Virus record (IMG/VR): IMGVR_UViG_3300032242_001192
Location: 8,166 to 72,165 of that record
Strand: one strand, 5' to 3'
Length of the DNA: 64,000 nt
From: a virus
Shown here piece by piece: positions 47,341 through 58,423 of this stretch. Below the pieces are notes generated by a model. That model ran no database searches and was not told where the DNA came from. It saw nothing but the letters and a program-made list of their open reading frames with translations. A program made the translations under genes and the position numbers. Numbering within the stretch: position 1 is the first letter of the stretch; every line of letters starts with the position of its first letter.

Positions 47341-49599
47341 ATGTTAGTTCAATCAAAATCTCTTCTAGCAAAATTGCTTGCCGCAGAAAACATCACTGTC
47401 GAGCATCGCAAAACACAAACAGCATATTTCGATCCTAAGAATAGAGTCATGGTTCTTCCTATATGGAAAGAAATGACTCCTGATGTCTATGACTTACTAC
47501 TTGGTCATGAGACAGGACATGCTTTATTCACACCTTCCGAGGGTTGGCATAATGCAATTATATCCTCACAAAGCAGAGCGTTCAAAACATTCTTAAATGT
47601 TATCGAAGACGTACGCATTGAAAAGAAGGTTCAAGAAAAATTCCCAGGCCTTAAAGCATGTTTCACACGAGGTTATAATGACTTCATGAAGAGGGATTTC
47701 TTTGGCATTGAAAATATTGCAAGTCAACTAGATATACTACCATTTATTGATCGTATCAATCTTCACTATAAAGTTGGCTCTTATTTAAATATCAAATTCT
47801 CAGATAAAGAACAAGTTTATCTAAAGCGTTTAGACAATCTTAAGAAATGGGAAGATGTAGAAAAGCTTGCTCGAGAATTATTTGCTATGGCAAAAGATGA
47901 TCTTAGACAACAGCTTATGGATCAGTTTGCTAACTATGAGGAGGGCGAAGGCGATCCCGACGAACAAGAGTTTGATTACGACGGCGAGTTCGAAGAAGAT
48001 GCAGATGAGTTTGGTACAAAGCGCAAGGCGCGCTCATTCTTCGGAGGCAGTAATAGAATTGCAGAAGATGAACCTTATTCTAGAACAGATGATTATTTCC
48101 GTAGAAAAGAAACAGAACTTTTAGCTGACGACGTAAAACCATATTATTATGCGAATTTGCCTTTAGCTAATTTGAAACAGATCATTGTTCCTTATAAGAA
48201 TATGAAATTGCATTATAATGATTTTGCATATTACGATCCTTCACTGGGAATGAAAAAAGATGTATCTGAGGATCCTAAATTACTAGGATATGTAGAGTCT
48301 GCTAAGAACAAATACTACAAGGAATTCACAGATACAAATAAAAAGTATATCTCATATCTTGTCAAAGAGTTTGAGTTGCGTCGTAATGCTAGACAATTTG
48401 CTCGAGCAAGTATTGCTAAAACAGGTGCACTTGATGTTAAGAAAATTTATTCTTATAAAATCAACGATGACTTGTTCAAACGAATCTCAGTAGTTCCTAA
48501 CGGAAAATCTCATGGACTAGTTATGTTCATTGATTACTCTGGGTCTATGACAGAAAATATTGATGCAACAATTGAACAAACTATTGTATTAGCGACATTC
48601 TGTAAAAAGGTAAATATTCCATTCCGAGTATATGCATTCACAGATGATTTTCTTTCACCTGAAGATTTAATGTCCGAATTGAGTATTACTGATGCAGAAG
48701 GGTATCGTAGATATTTTGAATCGAATCACAATGGTAGAAAATCTGTATACAATAAATTCTCAAGTGAAAATGGTGAGCTTGATCTAAATGGGTCCAAGGC
48801 TTTTAGATTGCGAGAATATCTTTCTAGTGAGATGTCTGGAACAGAATTCAGAGAAGGAGTTAAGTTTTGGTTATTGGCAGGCAAACTGCATAATGCACGA
48901 AGCTGGAGCAGACGCACAGATACGATGAATATAAATGAGCCTATGACATGTATTCGAAATACTAGATTTGAATCGTTGAATGGTACACCTTTGAATGAAG
49001 CAATTGTTGCTAGTGTTGAGATTGTAAAACAATTTAGAAAACAATATCGGTTAGATGTAGTTAATACTGTGTTCTTAACTGATGGTGATGCTAATGAAAA
49101 CAATTCAATATATAGTGAAACTGCTTCATCGGGTTCTGAATATTTCCAAAGGTACAATAGTACTGATAGAAATCTAGTTATTAGAAACTTACGAGATGGT
49201 ACTCAGGCAGTAGCACCACCTAGAACAGCATTGACACAAGGTCTCTTATCTTTACTAAAAGAAACTACAGGTTCTAATGTTATTGGATTCTTTATAACAG
49301 GTGGCTACAGTATCAAGGGTACTATCAGGGGTAAGATGGCAAAGCATGGTCTAGATTCAACTTTAGACATTGACAATATAATGAAAAGTTTTAGAAAGAA
49401 CAAATTCGTCATGCTAAATGATGTTGGATATGATGATTTTTATATCATACCTGGAGGTAAGGATCTTGTAATTGAAGAGGATAAGCTTGAGGTTGAGGGA
49501 ACCTCTAAAAACGATTTCAAGAAAGCCTTTATGAAAATGCAAAAGGGCAAGGTCACGAACCGCGTGCTTTTGAGTAGATTTGTCGAGAAAATTGCTTGA
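47341..49599 (+). CDS. Metallopeptidase-like + VWA domain protein (CobT-like partner)
   Basis: HETGH (HExxH), NVIEDVRIE; MIDAS DYSGS, GTPL, FLTDGD. Confidence 0.85.
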   Translation: MLVQSKSLLAKLLAAENITVEHRKTQTAYFDPKNRVMVLPIWKEMTPDVYDLLLGHETGHALFTPSEGWHNAIISSQSRAFKTFLNVIEDVRIEKKVQEKFPGLKACFTRGYNDFMKRDFFGIENIASQLDILPFIDRINLHYKVGSYLNIKFSDKEQVYLKRLDNLKKWEDVEKLARELFAMAKDDLRQQLMDQFANYEEGEGDPDEQEFDYDGEFEEDADEFGTKRKARSFFGGSNRIAEDEPYSRTDDYFRRKETELLADDVKPYYYANLPLANLKQIIVPYKNMKLHYNDFAYYDPSLGMKKDVSEDPKLLGYVESAKNKYYKEFTDTNKKYISYLVKEFELRRNARQFARASIAKTGALDVKKIYSYKINDDLFKRISVVPNGKSHGLVMFIDYSGSMTENIDATIEQTIVLATFCKKVNIPFRVYAFTDDFLSPEDLMSELSITDAEGYRRYFESNHNGRKSVYNKFSSENGELDLNGSKAFRLREYLSSEMSGTEFREGVKFWLLAGKLHNARSWSRRTDTMNINEPMTCIRNTRFESLNGTPLNEAIVASVEIVKQFRKQYRLDVVNTVFLTDGDANENNSIYSETASSGSEYFQRYNSTDRNLVIRNLRDGTQAVAPPRTALTQGLLSLLKETTGSNVIGFFITGGYSIKGTIRGKMAKHGLDSTLDIDNIMKSFRKNKFVMLNDVGYDDFYIIPGGKDLVIEEDKLEVEGTSKNDFKKAFMKMQKGKVTNRVLLSRFVEKIA

Positions 49600-49624
49600 C
49601 AAGAAGCATAAAAGGTGTTATAAT
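49596..49624 (+). promoter_or_regulatory. Early sigma70 promoter with extended -10
   Basis: TTGACA-17 nt-TATAAT; AAAGGTGTTATAAT identical to the 47288 promoter. Confidence 0.88.
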
Positions 49625-49660
49625 ATAGTATGAATTGTTTGAAACCACAGGAGTTATATT

Positions 49661-50839
49661 ATGTCTAAATCGCACTTCACCGAAGATCAGCGCAAAGAAT
49701 TGATTACTACATTGATTACGCAATATGGTAATCGAGTATCTAAAGATGCTATTATTGATTTTTGTTCGAAGCAGAATTTGCCGAATCCTCATTTCCTGAT
49801 CTCTCGGCGTGACATCAAGGCAGGAAAAGATTATATGTTAGATCTATTTTATGAAAAAGGTGAAGAAATGAAACGTGAAGATACTCCAGTAAATGCACCA
49901 GCATTGCAAGCACAAGTAATGCAGTTTAAACCAAAACGTGTAGCAGTAGAAGCAGATAGTACTATTCCTCAAAAGGATAATACTTATGTTCCGTTTGGAT
50001 TCTTTAGACAGTTAGAACAGATTATCAAATCGCAGACATTCTATCCAGTCTTTATTACTGGCCTATCAGGCAATGGCAAGACTACTATGGTAGAACAAGT
50101 TGCAGCTAAACTTAAGCGTGAGTGTATTCGAGTTAATATTAGTATTGAAACAGATGAAGATGATCTAATCGGTGGTAATACTTTGCATGACGGTAACGTA
50201 ATTTATCGTGAGGGTCCTGTTCTTATGGCAATGCGTCGAGGTGCAGTACTTCTAATTGACGAAATTGATCGTGGATCTAATAAATTGATGTGCCTACAAA
50301 GTATTCTAGAAGGCAAGCCATTCTTTAATAAGAAAACAGGTGAGATGGTCTATCCTGAAAAAGGATTCACAATTATCGCAACTGCTAATACTAAAGGTCG
50401 TGGTACTGAGGATGGTCGTTTTATTGCAGCACAGATTTTGGATGAGGCATTCTTAGAGCGCTTCCCTATTACAGTTGAACAAGAGTATCCTAGCGCTGCT
50501 GTTGAAAAGAAAATTGTAAACAATAAAATGGAATTCTATGGTCGTGTAGATACCGACTTTGCAGAGAAGCTTGTTAACTGGGCAGAGATTATTCGTAAGA
50601 CATTTGTAGAAGGTGGCGTAGACGAGATTGTCAGTACACGTCGTTTGGTAAATATCGTACAGGCATATTCAATCTTCGAAGATCGTGAGGAAGCAATTAA
50701 GTATTGTATTAATCGATTTGATGACGATACAAAGACAGCATTTATGGATTTGTATTCTAAAATGAATGCTCCTGTAGAACAAGCAGTTAAGGCAAATCCT
50801 GATAGCGAAAGCAATCTAGATGATGAGGTTCCATTCTAA
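49661..50839 (+). CDS. MoxR-type AAA+ ATPase (CobS-like)
   Basis: GLSGNGKT, LLIDEID, ATANTKG, AFLERF, STRRLV. Confidence 0.92.
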   Translation: MSKSHFTEDQRKELITTLITQYGNRVSKDAIIDFCSKQNLPNPHFLISRRDIKAGKDYMLDLFYEKGEEMKREDTPVNAPALQAQVMQFKPKRVAVEADSTIPQKDNTYVPFGFFRQLEQIIKSQTFYPVFITGLSGNGKTTMVEQVAAKLKRECIRVNISIETDEDDLIGGNTLHDGNVIYREGPVLMAMRRGAVLLIDEIDRGSNKLMCLQSILEGKPFFNKKTGEMVYPEKGFTIIATANTKGRGTEDGRFIAAQILDEAFLERFPITVEQEYPSAAVEKKIVNNKMEFYGRVDTDFAEKLVNWAEIIRKTFVEGGVDEIVSTRRLVNIVQAYSIFEDREEAIKYCINRFDDDTKTAFMDLYSKMNAPVEQAVKANPDSESNLDDEVPF

Positions 50840-50854
50840 TAATAATATAATCTA

Positions 50855-50879
50855 AGCAAGGGCGCTTCGGCGCCCTGCT
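50855..50879 (+). terminator. cUUCGg tetraloop hairpin after the AAA gene (terminator or stabiliser)
   Basis: AGGGCGC-TTCG-GCGCCCT; weak U tract. Confidence 0.6.
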
Positions 50880-50888
50880 CCTATCTTT

Positions 50889-51719
50889 ATGCACACTAAT
50901 GAAATAGTCCATGACACCTTTATTCCTAGATGGTTCGGTAGGCTAGGAAATAACATACAACAAATATCTAATGCCATTTACTTTTGTAGAAATAATAGCA
51001 TTAATTTTTCCTCACCTGAGAGCGTTTATCTTAATGAAATTAATGAACAGTTTGGTCCAAGTACATATAAAATAAAAGAAGATTCTAATAATTGGTTTTA
51101 CTTTTTTAATGGACCGGATGCAGATTTTACTGTCGATATAGATGATCTAAATAGAAAAAGAAAAGAAATATGTTTAGAATACATTCTACCTGCTCTAAAA
51201 ATTAACCATGAAGAATTGAACACTCCTGTAGAAGAATTAGTTATTCATATTCGAAGCGGTGATCTATATACTAGATGGCCTGCAACACATACACAAAATC
51301 CGCTAGCATATTATCTACATTTATATCTAACCCATAATGGCAAGGTTATATTTGTAGCTGAGGATGATAACAATCCAATCGTTTATTTTCTAAGCAAAAT
51401 GCCAAGCGTAGACATTCGATTATTGAATGAGATGGATAGTTACACTTTATTATTACGAGCAAAAAATTTAGCAACATCTGGTGCAGGTTCTTTTGCAATA
51501 TCTGCAGCTTTCTGTTCGCCTAATTTAGAAAATTTATACTGTACAGATTTATACTTGGAAAATAGTTTGAATCCGACTATGTTAAAAGAGCAACTTAATG
51601 TTCTTATGGCGGATGTCTCAGGCAATAAATATTTTAAAGTAGGTGAGTGGAATACTGCGCAACACGACATTAATAAGATCTTGAAATACGAAGATCATAT
51701 ATCATTTAGGAGACTATAG
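50889..51719 (+). CDS. GT11-like alpha-1,2-fucosyl/colitosyltransferase
   Basis: [20 protein letters not shown] motifs. Confidence 0.7.
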   Translation: MHTNEIVHDTFIPRWFGRLGNNIQQISNAIYFCRNNSINFSSPESVYLNEINEQFGPSTYKIKEDSNNWFYFFNGPDADFTVDIDDLNRKRKEICLEYILPALKINHEELNTPVEELVIHIRSGDLYTRWPATHTQNPLAYYLHLYLTHNGKVIFVAEDDNNPIVYFLSKMPSVDIRLLNEMDSYTLLLRAKNLATSGAGSFAISAAFCSPNLENLYCTDLYLENSLNPTMLKEQLNVLMADVSGNKYFKVGEWNTAQHDINKILKYEDHISFRRL

Positions 51720-51720
51720 C

Positions 51721-52734
51721 ATGGCAAACAAAGTTGCTCTAATTACGGGCATTACTGGGCAAGACGGTTCTTATCTTGCAGAATTACTATTAGAAAAAGG
51801 TTATGAGGTTCATGGAATTGTTCGTCGCAGTTCTTCTATGAACACAAGCCGTATTAATCATATCTATAGTAATCCAAATCTTCATCTTCACTATGGTGAC
51901 GTAACAGATTCTTTATCTATTATGAATGTATTGAAGAAACATAATCCTAGCGAGATCTATAATCTGGCAGCACAAAGTCATGTGAAGGTTTCTTTTGAAA
52001 CTCCTGAGTATACAGCAATGGTTGATGGCTTAGGTACATTAAAGATTTTAGAGTCAGTTAGATTATTAGGAATGGAAAAAACAACTAAGATCTATCAAGC
52101 ATCTACATCTGAACTATATGGTTTAGTTCAGGAAATCCCACAAAGAGAAACAACTCCGTTCTATCCTAGATCACCATATGGTGTTGCTAAGTTATATGCA
52201 TACTGGATTGTTAAGAATTATCGAGAATCATATAATATGTTCTGTTGTTCAGGTATTCTATTTAATCACGAATCTCCCCGCAGAGGTTTCAACTTCGTTA
52301 CTAAGAAGATTGTAAATGGATTAGAAGCGGTTAGTTCTGGTCGTCAAGAATGTTTGACATTAGGTAATCTAACAGCATTAAGAGATTGGGGACATGCTAA
52401 AGATTATGTCGAAGCAATGTGGTTAATGTTACAACAGGATACTCCCGATGACTATGTTATTGCTACAGGTGAGCAATATACAGTTAAACAATTCGTAGAA
52501 CATTGTGCTCCATATTTCGCATTGAAGATTCGCTGGGAAGGTGAAGGCTTAAATGAAGTAGGTATTGATGTTAACACTAATAGAGTTGTAGTAAGAGTTG
52601 ATCCTAAATACTTCCGACCCGCAGAAGTTCAAACCTTATTGGGAGATTCTACAAAAGCTAGAAGTGTCCTCGGTTGGCAACCTAAACATTCTTTCGACGA
52701 CTTGGTCGAAGATATGTGCATAAACTTTGAATAA
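51721..52734 (+). CDS. gmd: GDP-mannose 4,6-dehydratase
   Basis: [42 protein letters not shown]. Confidence 0.97.
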   Translation: MANKVALITGITGQDGSYLAELLLEKGYEVHGIVRRSSSMNTSRINHIYSNPNLHLHYGDVTDSLSIMNVLKKHNPSEIYNLAAQSHVKVSFETPEYTAMVDGLGTLKILESVRLLGMEKTTKIYQASTSELYGLVQEIPQRETTPFYPRSPYGVAKLYAYWIVKNYRESYNMFCCSGILFNHESPRRGFNFVTKKIVNGLEAVSSGRQECLTLGNLTALRDWGHAKDYVEAMWLMLQQDTPDDYVIATGEQYTVKQFVEHCAPYFALKIRWEGEGLNEVGIDVNTNRVVVRVDPKYFRPAEVQTLLGDSTKARSVLGWQPKHSFDDLVEDMCINFE

Positions 52735-52735
52735 T

Positions 52736-53425
52736 ATGCAAGGCAATAGTGTAAAGGTTCAGGGGATAGGAGGGTTTCCTCCATCCATGAATGATGTAAA
52801 CAGAATTGTCACTGAGAAATATTTAAACTATGATAATGGTTTCTTTATTGAAGTAGGTGGTGCAGATGGTTACACTCAAAGTAATACTTGGTACTTAGAA
52901 AAATATAAAAATTGGACAGGTATTTTAGTTGAACCTAATACAGAATCTGCTATAGTTTGTCGCAATAATAGAGAAAACTCTTTAGTATATAATTATGCTT
53001 TAGTTAGTGAGGATTTTGAGGAAGACGAAATTAAAATGATGCGGCGTGTTGTATACAACGGCGACCCAGGTTTGATGACTTCTACCGCAGATTCTCCAAT
53101 TCGTCAAGTATCGGATTGGATCAATCCTATAACAGATTCAGATATCACTGAAGAATTTACAGTACAGACAGCAACACTAAATAGTATTCTTGAAGCACAG
53201 GATGTTAAGACAATAGATTTCTTTTCACTTGATGTTGAGGGATATGAATTAGAAGTACTCAAAGGATTAGATCTAAAAAGATTTTGTCCTAAAGTTATAT
53301 TGATAGAATGGCATCTTGATATAGAAGATGTTAAAAAGTTACTAGATGAAACACACGAATTCAAAGAACAGTTATCTAAGCATGACTATGTTTTTATAGC
53401 AAGGGAACAAAATGGAAAAAAATAG
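52736..53425 (+). CDS. FkbM-family SAM methyltransferase
   Basis: FFIEVGGADG..SNT, GILVEP, SLDVEGYELEVL. Confidence 0.88.
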   Translation: MQGNSVKVQGIGGFPPSMNDVNRIVTEKYLNYDNGFFIEVGGADGYTQSNTWYLEKYKNWTGILVEPNTESAIVCRNNRENSLVYNYALVSEDFEEDEIKMMRRVVYNGDPGLMTSTADSPIRQVSDWINPITDSDITEEFTVQTATLNSILEAQDVKTIDFFSLDVEGYELEVLKGLDLKRFCPKVILIEWHLDIEDVKKLLDETHEFKEQLSKHDYVFIAREQNGKK

Positions 53426-54347
53426 TAAGATATTTGTAGCAGGACATAATGGATTAGTAGGTTCTGCTATTGTAAGAAAGTTAAATGAAGAAGGTTACAC
53501 TAATCTTATTTTAAGATCAAAAGCGGAATTAGATCTTAGAGACCAAAGAGCAGTGAAAAATTTCTTTAGTACAGAACTTCCTGAATATGTATTTTTGTGT
53601 GCTGCCAAAGTAGGTGGCATTAATTGGAACTGGACAAATCCTGGTGAGTTTATTTACGATAACTTACAGATTCAAACGAATGTTATAGATGCAGCTTATA
53701 GAAATGGTGCTAAGAAATTATTGTTCTTAGGTTCTGCTTGTATCTATCCAAAGGTTACCCCTCAACCTATCAAGGAAGAATATCTTCTTACTGCTCCACT
53801 TGAGCCGACGAACGAGGGGTATGCATTAGCAAAAATTACTGGTCTACGTATGTGCGAATACTACAGACGCCAGTATGGATTTAATGCCATTAGTTGTATG
53901 CCTGCAAACTTATATGGCATTAATGATAACTTTATTCCTGAGCATGGTCATGTTATTCCCGGTATTATTACTAAGATGCATAATGCTATGAAGAACGGAG
54001 AAGATAGTATTGAATGTTGGGGCGATGGAACACCTACAAGAGAATTCTTATACGTTGATGATCTTGCAGATGCTTGTTTTTGGTTGATGCAAAATTACGA
54101 TGAAAAAGAATTTGTTAATGTAGGAAGCGACGAAGAACTTACTATCAAAGAACTAGTAAATAAACTCAAGAAAGAGTTTGGATTCAAAGGTAAGATTGTT
54201 TGGAATAAAGATAAACCAAATGGTACTCCAAGACGTAAAATGGATAATAGTAAATTAAAATCCCTTGGATGGAATGCTAAAGTTAATTTTGACGAAGGAC
54301 TAAAGCGCACAATCGCTTGGTATAAAAAAGAAAAGGGATTATTATGA
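53412..54347 (+). CDS. fcl: GDP-L-fucose synthase / ColC-like reductase
   Basis: GHNGLVGSA, AAKVGGI, LGSACIYPK, YALAK, WGDGTPTREF. Confidence 0.92.
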   Translation: MEKNSKIFVAGHNGLVGSAIVRKLNEEGYTNLILRSKAELDLRDQRAVKNFFSTELPEYVFLCAAKVGGINWNWTNPGEFIYDNLQIQTNVIDAAYRNGAKKLLFLGSACIYPKVTPQPIKEEYLLTAPLEPTNEGYALAKITGLRMCEYYRRQYGFNAISCMPANLYGINDNFIPEHGHVIPGIITKMHNAMKNGEDSIECWGDGTPTREFLYVDDLADACFWLMQNYDEKEFVNVGSDEELTIKELVNKLKKEFGFKGKIVWNKDKPNGTPRRKMDNSKLKSLGWNAKVNFDEGLKRTIAWYKKEKGLL

Positions 54348-55525
54348 GATGGCCTTTAATGGGTGAGACAATCACCTTTGGTGATAGACTTAAAATAGCT
54401 TACTTTGCTTTAACAGCAAAGAGATTTACTTTTGGCGAAAAGGTAAAACAATTTGAAGCCGAATGGAGCGATTGGGTTAATCCTAAATCATATGGAACAT
54501 ACTCATTATATGTGTCTTCAGGTAGTACAGCAAATTTCCTATTGGTTGCTGCAGCAATCGAATTGTATGGATTAAGGAAAGGTGATAAAGTATTGTTGCC
54601 CGCTTGTACTTGGATGACTAATGTTGCCCCTATTATTCAGCTAGGTCTTACTCCAGTATTCTGTGATGTAAATTTAAAGAACTTTAGTTTTGATTTAGAT
54701 GAAGCGAAATTGCTAGCAAAGAAGCATAATATTAAAATGATATTTGTTACTCATCTATTAGGGTTCTCTGCTGATAATGAAGAATTGAGAAAGATTTTTC
54801 CTAAGGCAATTATTATAGATGACGTCTGTGAATCTCATGGATGTACTGATCCATTAGGTAATAAGCGTGGCGCTAACAGCACAGGTGCTACATTTAGTTT
54901 CTATTTTGGTCATCATATGTCTACGGTCGAAGGTGGTATGGTAACAACCAATGACAAAGATTTATATGATCTAATGAAGGTTAAACGTAGTCATGGTATG
55001 GCAAGAGAGTCTACTAGATTTGAAGACTATGCTCAATTATATCCTGAGATTGATAAACAATTCTTATTTGTTACTGATGGATATAATTTTAGAAATCATG
55101 AGATTTGTGCGGTACTAGGTTCTTCTCAATTAAAACGTTTGGATAAAATGATTGAGATTAGAAACAGAAATCATGATTTATTTACTAGTATCATTGACAA
55201 ATATCCGCATCTATTTTATAATATAGACAATCCTGAAACGAACAGTAGTTTCAGCTTACCCTTCATTTGCAAGTCTAGAGAAATTATGCTAGCAATGAAA
55301 GAGACATTTGCTGAAAACGGTATTGAATATAGACCAGTTGTTGCAGGTAACTTATTATCACAGCCATTCTTAAAAGATTATGCGATTGATACACAAAAAG
55401 AAAGAACCAACGCTGATATTATTCAGAGTCAAGGTGTCTACATTGGAAACAATCATTTCGTAAACGATATAGATATGGAATTCTTAAAACAAGTAGTGGA
55501 GAAAATAGATGCCAAATTTAGGTAA
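54344..55525 (+). CDS. PLP-dependent DegT family enzyme, ColD-like (GDP-4-keto-6-deoxymannose 3-dehydratase)
   Basis: SSGSTAN, DVCESHG, SFYFGHHMSTVEGG (His at the catalytic Lys position), GYNFR. Confidence 0.75.
   Translation: MRWPLMGETITFGDRLKIAYFALTAKRFTFGEKVKQFEAEWSDWVNPKSYGTYSLYVSSGSTANFLLVAAAIELYGLRKGDKVLLPACTWMTNVAPIIQLGLTPVFCDVNLKNFSFDLDEAKLLAKKHNIKMIFVTHLLGFSADNEELRKIFPKAIIIDDVCESHGCTDPLGNKRGANSTGATFSFYFGHHMSTVEGGMVTTNDKDLYDLMKVKRSHGMARESTRFEDYAQLYPEIDKQFLFVTDGYNFRNHEICAVLGSSQLKRLDKMIEIRNRNHDLFTSIIDKYPHLFYNIDNPETNSSFSLPFICKSREIMLAMKETFAENGIEYRPVVAGNLLSQPFLKDYAIDTQKERTNADIIQSQGVYIGNNHFVNDIDMEFLKQVVEKIDAKFR
55194..55222 (+). promoter_or_regulatory. Internal consensus sigma70 promoter
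   Basis: TTGACA-17 nt-TATAAT inside the ColD-like gene, upstream of the transferase genes. Confidence 0.7.
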
Positions 55526-55862
55526 TAGTATTGAAGAAGTAATTGAGAAAACAGTTAAGCGTGTATTGAGTCAAGGTGACCTACCTGATTCTACATACGT
55601 TGAAACTGATAACCTAGGTGAGGTAATTGAAAAGCTTGCTATTATCCATATTCGTATGTGGATGTTGGAAGATGCTATTCAGGCAGCTAAGTCGGATGCC
55701 GAGATTGCTGAACTAAAACGTAAATGCGACATTTGCTTTAAAGTAAAGCGTCCTCGCTATGTACAGGCAATTAATCTAATGGTTGATACAGCAATTAAAC
55801 AAAACAGATCGTTGGTAGAAGATTCTGTTAAATTATATAAAGGAATTGATACCAATGAATAA
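55509..55862 (+). CDS. Small helical hypothetical protein of the glycan cluster
   Basis: LGEVIEKLAIIHIRMWMLED. Confidence 0.6.
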   Translation: MPNLGNSIEEVIEKTVKRVLSQGDLPDSTYVETDNLGEVIEKLAIIHIRMWMLEDAIQAAKSDAEIAELKRKCDICFKVKRPRYVQAINLMVDTAIKQNRSLVEDSVKLYKGIDTNE

Positions 55863-56832
55863 AATTATATTCTTTAATCATTATCACCGAGGTGATCTAT
55901 TAACTCATAAAGAGTTTATTCGTCAGATCAAAAGCGAACTGCCAAATATTACTTTGGAGTACATGCATTTTAATCATCCAAAGTTAACTAGAGATCTAGA
56001 CATTCCTTTAGTTGGTGCTCCCACAGATTTAGATGCAAAGACGCCTTTCTATCAAACAGATGATACATTGTATGTCAATACTTGGATCGGATGTTTCTGG
56101 GATTTATTCTGCGCACATGGTGGAATTAACATGAACTCATTGTATGCACAATGGGAAAAAATTTATGCTCAGATCAATGCTGTATTTGATGCTGATCTAG
56201 GTATGTATGTAGACAAAGAAGAATATCTTCCATCTATAGATTTCGCAAAATTTGATGTAACAAGTATCGATGAGTATCTAAAGAATACTCCAGATGTTAA
56301 GAAGATTCTTTTATGTAATGGCCCTCCTCAGTCAGGTCAGTCTTTTGCAGATGATATGCAACAATTCTTGGAACCTTTAGCAGAAGAATATTCCAATATA
56401 CATTTTATCTGTACTAACAAATTTGAGACGTCCGTCCAAAATATTTTATTTACAGATGATATTATCGTAGACAATGAGGAAGCAGAGACACGCGCTCCTT
56501 GGGAAGCTAGACAAAAGAATAACTGTGACCTACAAGAAATTTCATACTTAAGTGAAAAGGTTGATGCTATTGTAGGTAAAAACTCAGGACCATTTGTTTT
56601 CTGCGAAACAAGGAATAACTATATGAATCCTGATAAGAAATTCTTATCCTTTAATGTCAGTTGGGGCCCTGCATTCCAAACAGGCCAGACAAGACCAACA
56701 GAAACAATGTCTAATGGTTTAAACTATAAGTGTCAGTATGATATTATTCCTATTAGTGACATTAAGACATTAACCGCAGATGATGTTGCTAATATTAATA
56801 ATGCTTTAGATACATTGGCAGGAAGTATATGA
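55855..56832 (+). CDS. Putative GT-B glycosyltransferase
   Basis: NHYHRGD N-terminus, PQSGQ, IVGKNSGP (GT9-like pattern). Confidence 0.55.
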   Translation: MNKIIFFNHYHRGDLLTHKEFIRQIKSELPNITLEYMHFNHPKLTRDLDIPLVGAPTDLDAKTPFYQTDDTLYVNTWIGCFWDLFCAHGGINMNSLYAQWEKIYAQINAVFDADLGMYVDKEEYLPSIDFAKFDVTSIDEYLKNTPDVKKILLCNGPPQSGQSFADDMQQFLEPLAEEYSNIHFICTNKFETSVQNILFTDDIIVDNEEAETRAPWEARQKNNCDLQEISYLSEKVDAIVGKNSGPFVFCETRNNYMNPDKKFLSFNVSWGPAFQTGQTRPTETMSNGLNYKCQYDIIPISDIKTLTADDVANINNALDTLAGSI

Positions 56833-57707
56833 AAAAACTTAAATTAGGGTTTACTGATACCCATGACCATTTAGCACAGTTCTTTAGTTCTGTTCTTGCT
56901 AATAGATTTGATGTTGAAATCGATAATGATAATCCAGACTATTTGATCTTCGGTGATGAAAACTTTGGAACAAATAATAAAAAATTTAGTAAATCTGATT
57001 GCGTTAAGATTTTCTATACAGGCGAAAATCGTAGACCAGAAAATTATGATTGCCATTATGCAATAACCTTTGATCATAATTTTAATGGTTGGCACTATAG
57101 GTTACCCCTGAATGTAATCTATATGTGGTCACTTGATATGATACACAAATCTGGATATGATTACTACCATATCTTAGGCGAACATGAGCCTAAAGAAAAA
57201 ACAGGCTTTTGTTCATTTGTAGTATCAAATGGTGGCTGTAAAGAACGTAATGATTTCTTTCAACTATTGAATAGTTATAAAACTGTTGATAGCGGCGGTA
57301 AGTTATTTAATAACATCGATGCTAATCTTGATGGTGAAGTATCAAAGATTGATTTCTTATCCTCACGTAAATTTAATATTGCATTTGAATCTGGTTCTTA
57401 TCCTGGTTATGCCACAGAAAAGATTCTACATGCATTCTATGCAAAGACTGTTCCTATATATTGGGGTAGTACAACTATTGCATCAGATTGGAATCCTAGT
57501 GCATTTATTAATGCGCATGATTTCGAGTCTCAGCAAAGTCTTCTTGAATTCGTAATGCGAGTAGATCAAGATGAAGACTTATATAATTCTATTGTAACAG
57601 CTCCTCCTTTGGCTGCAGGTATTCCAAAGGACTATATGTTATTGAACAATTTCTTAAATTGGTTCGATGCAACTGTTTACAATAAAATTGATATGAGAGA
57701 AGAATGA
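56829..57707 (+). CDS. GT10 alpha-1,3/4-fucosyltransferase-like
   Basis: FYTGEN, FCSFVVSN, FNIAFES..GYATEKI..PIYWG. Confidence 0.88.
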   Translation: MKKLKLGFTDTHDHLAQFFSSVLANRFDVEIDNDNPDYLIFGDENFGTNNKKFSKSDCVKIFYTGENRRPENYDCHYAITFDHNFNGWHYRLPLNVIYMWSLDMIHKSGYDYYHILGEHEPKEKTGFCSFVVSNGGCKERNDFFQLLNSYKTVDSGGKLFNNIDANLDGEVSKIDFLSSRKFNIAFESGSYPGYATEKILHAFYAKTVPIYWGSTTIASDWNPSAFINAHDFESQQSLLEFVMRVDQDEDLYNSIVTAPPLAAGIPKDYMLLNNFLNWFDATVYNKIDMREE

Positions 57708-58423
57708 AAATACTAACAGTAATCTTTAATTGGCGCGGACAAATCGAAGGAACATTAAAAAAAGAATCACAGTTAAAGGCAATTGGAGTTAACCCTATTG
57801 TTATTAATAGTGACGATGAGCATAGAATAGATAATCCGCAATGGCATAATATAGGCGAAGATAGTTATTTTAATGCTCAGTTCTTAAAGGCGGTAGAGGT
57901 ATTTGAAGCATCAGATTGTGATGTTCTATTTCATATTCAAGCAGACGCTTCATATGATAATTGGCAACAATTATATGTTGATGCAGAAAAATATTTTGAA
58001 TTAACAGACTGGGGTATATATGCCCCGAATGTTGATTATACTTGGTATGATTCTATTCGTTCAGATGTAACAACTTTAGAATTTGAATTAGACAAACTAA
58101 AGATTGTTGCAAATACAGATTGTACTTGTTGGTTTATACATAAGGATATAATTGACGAATACAAATCTCGTAAAGTAGATATGACTGGATACAAAATGGG
58201 ATGGGGTTGGGATATAATTTTCCCTGCTATCTCGTTCATCAATAAGCGTCCTGTTATTCGAGATTATGCTCATACAATAGAACACCCAAGAGGAACAAAC
58301 TACGACACAAATAAAGCAGAACAAGAAATGTGGCATTTGTATAATAGTTTAGATCCTGAATTAAAACAAGCATTTGGTTTTATTAAGGGTAATAAAGAAT
58401 TACTAGCATCATACTATAAATGA
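57704..58423 (+). CDS. Putative GT-A glycosyltransferase
   Basis: HIQAD, GIYAP, GWGWD; glycan cluster context. Confidence 0.55.
   Translation: MKILTVIFNWRGQIEGTLKKESQLKAIGVNPIVINSDDEHRIDNPQWHNIGEDSYFNAQFLKAVEVFEASDCDVLFHIQADASYDNWQQLYVDAEKYFELTDWGIYAPNVDYTWYDSIRSDVTTLEFELDKLKIVANTDCTCWFIHKDIIDEYKSRKVDMTGYKMGWGWDIIFPAISFINKRPVIRDYAHTIEHPRGTNYDTNKAEQEMWHLYNSLDPELKQAFGFIKGNKELLASYYK

Noticed and set aside
49661-50839. Cobalamin biosynthesis (cobS) auxiliary metabolic gene
   Set aside because: Generic MoxR AAA ATPase with a VWA partner; no other cob genes present
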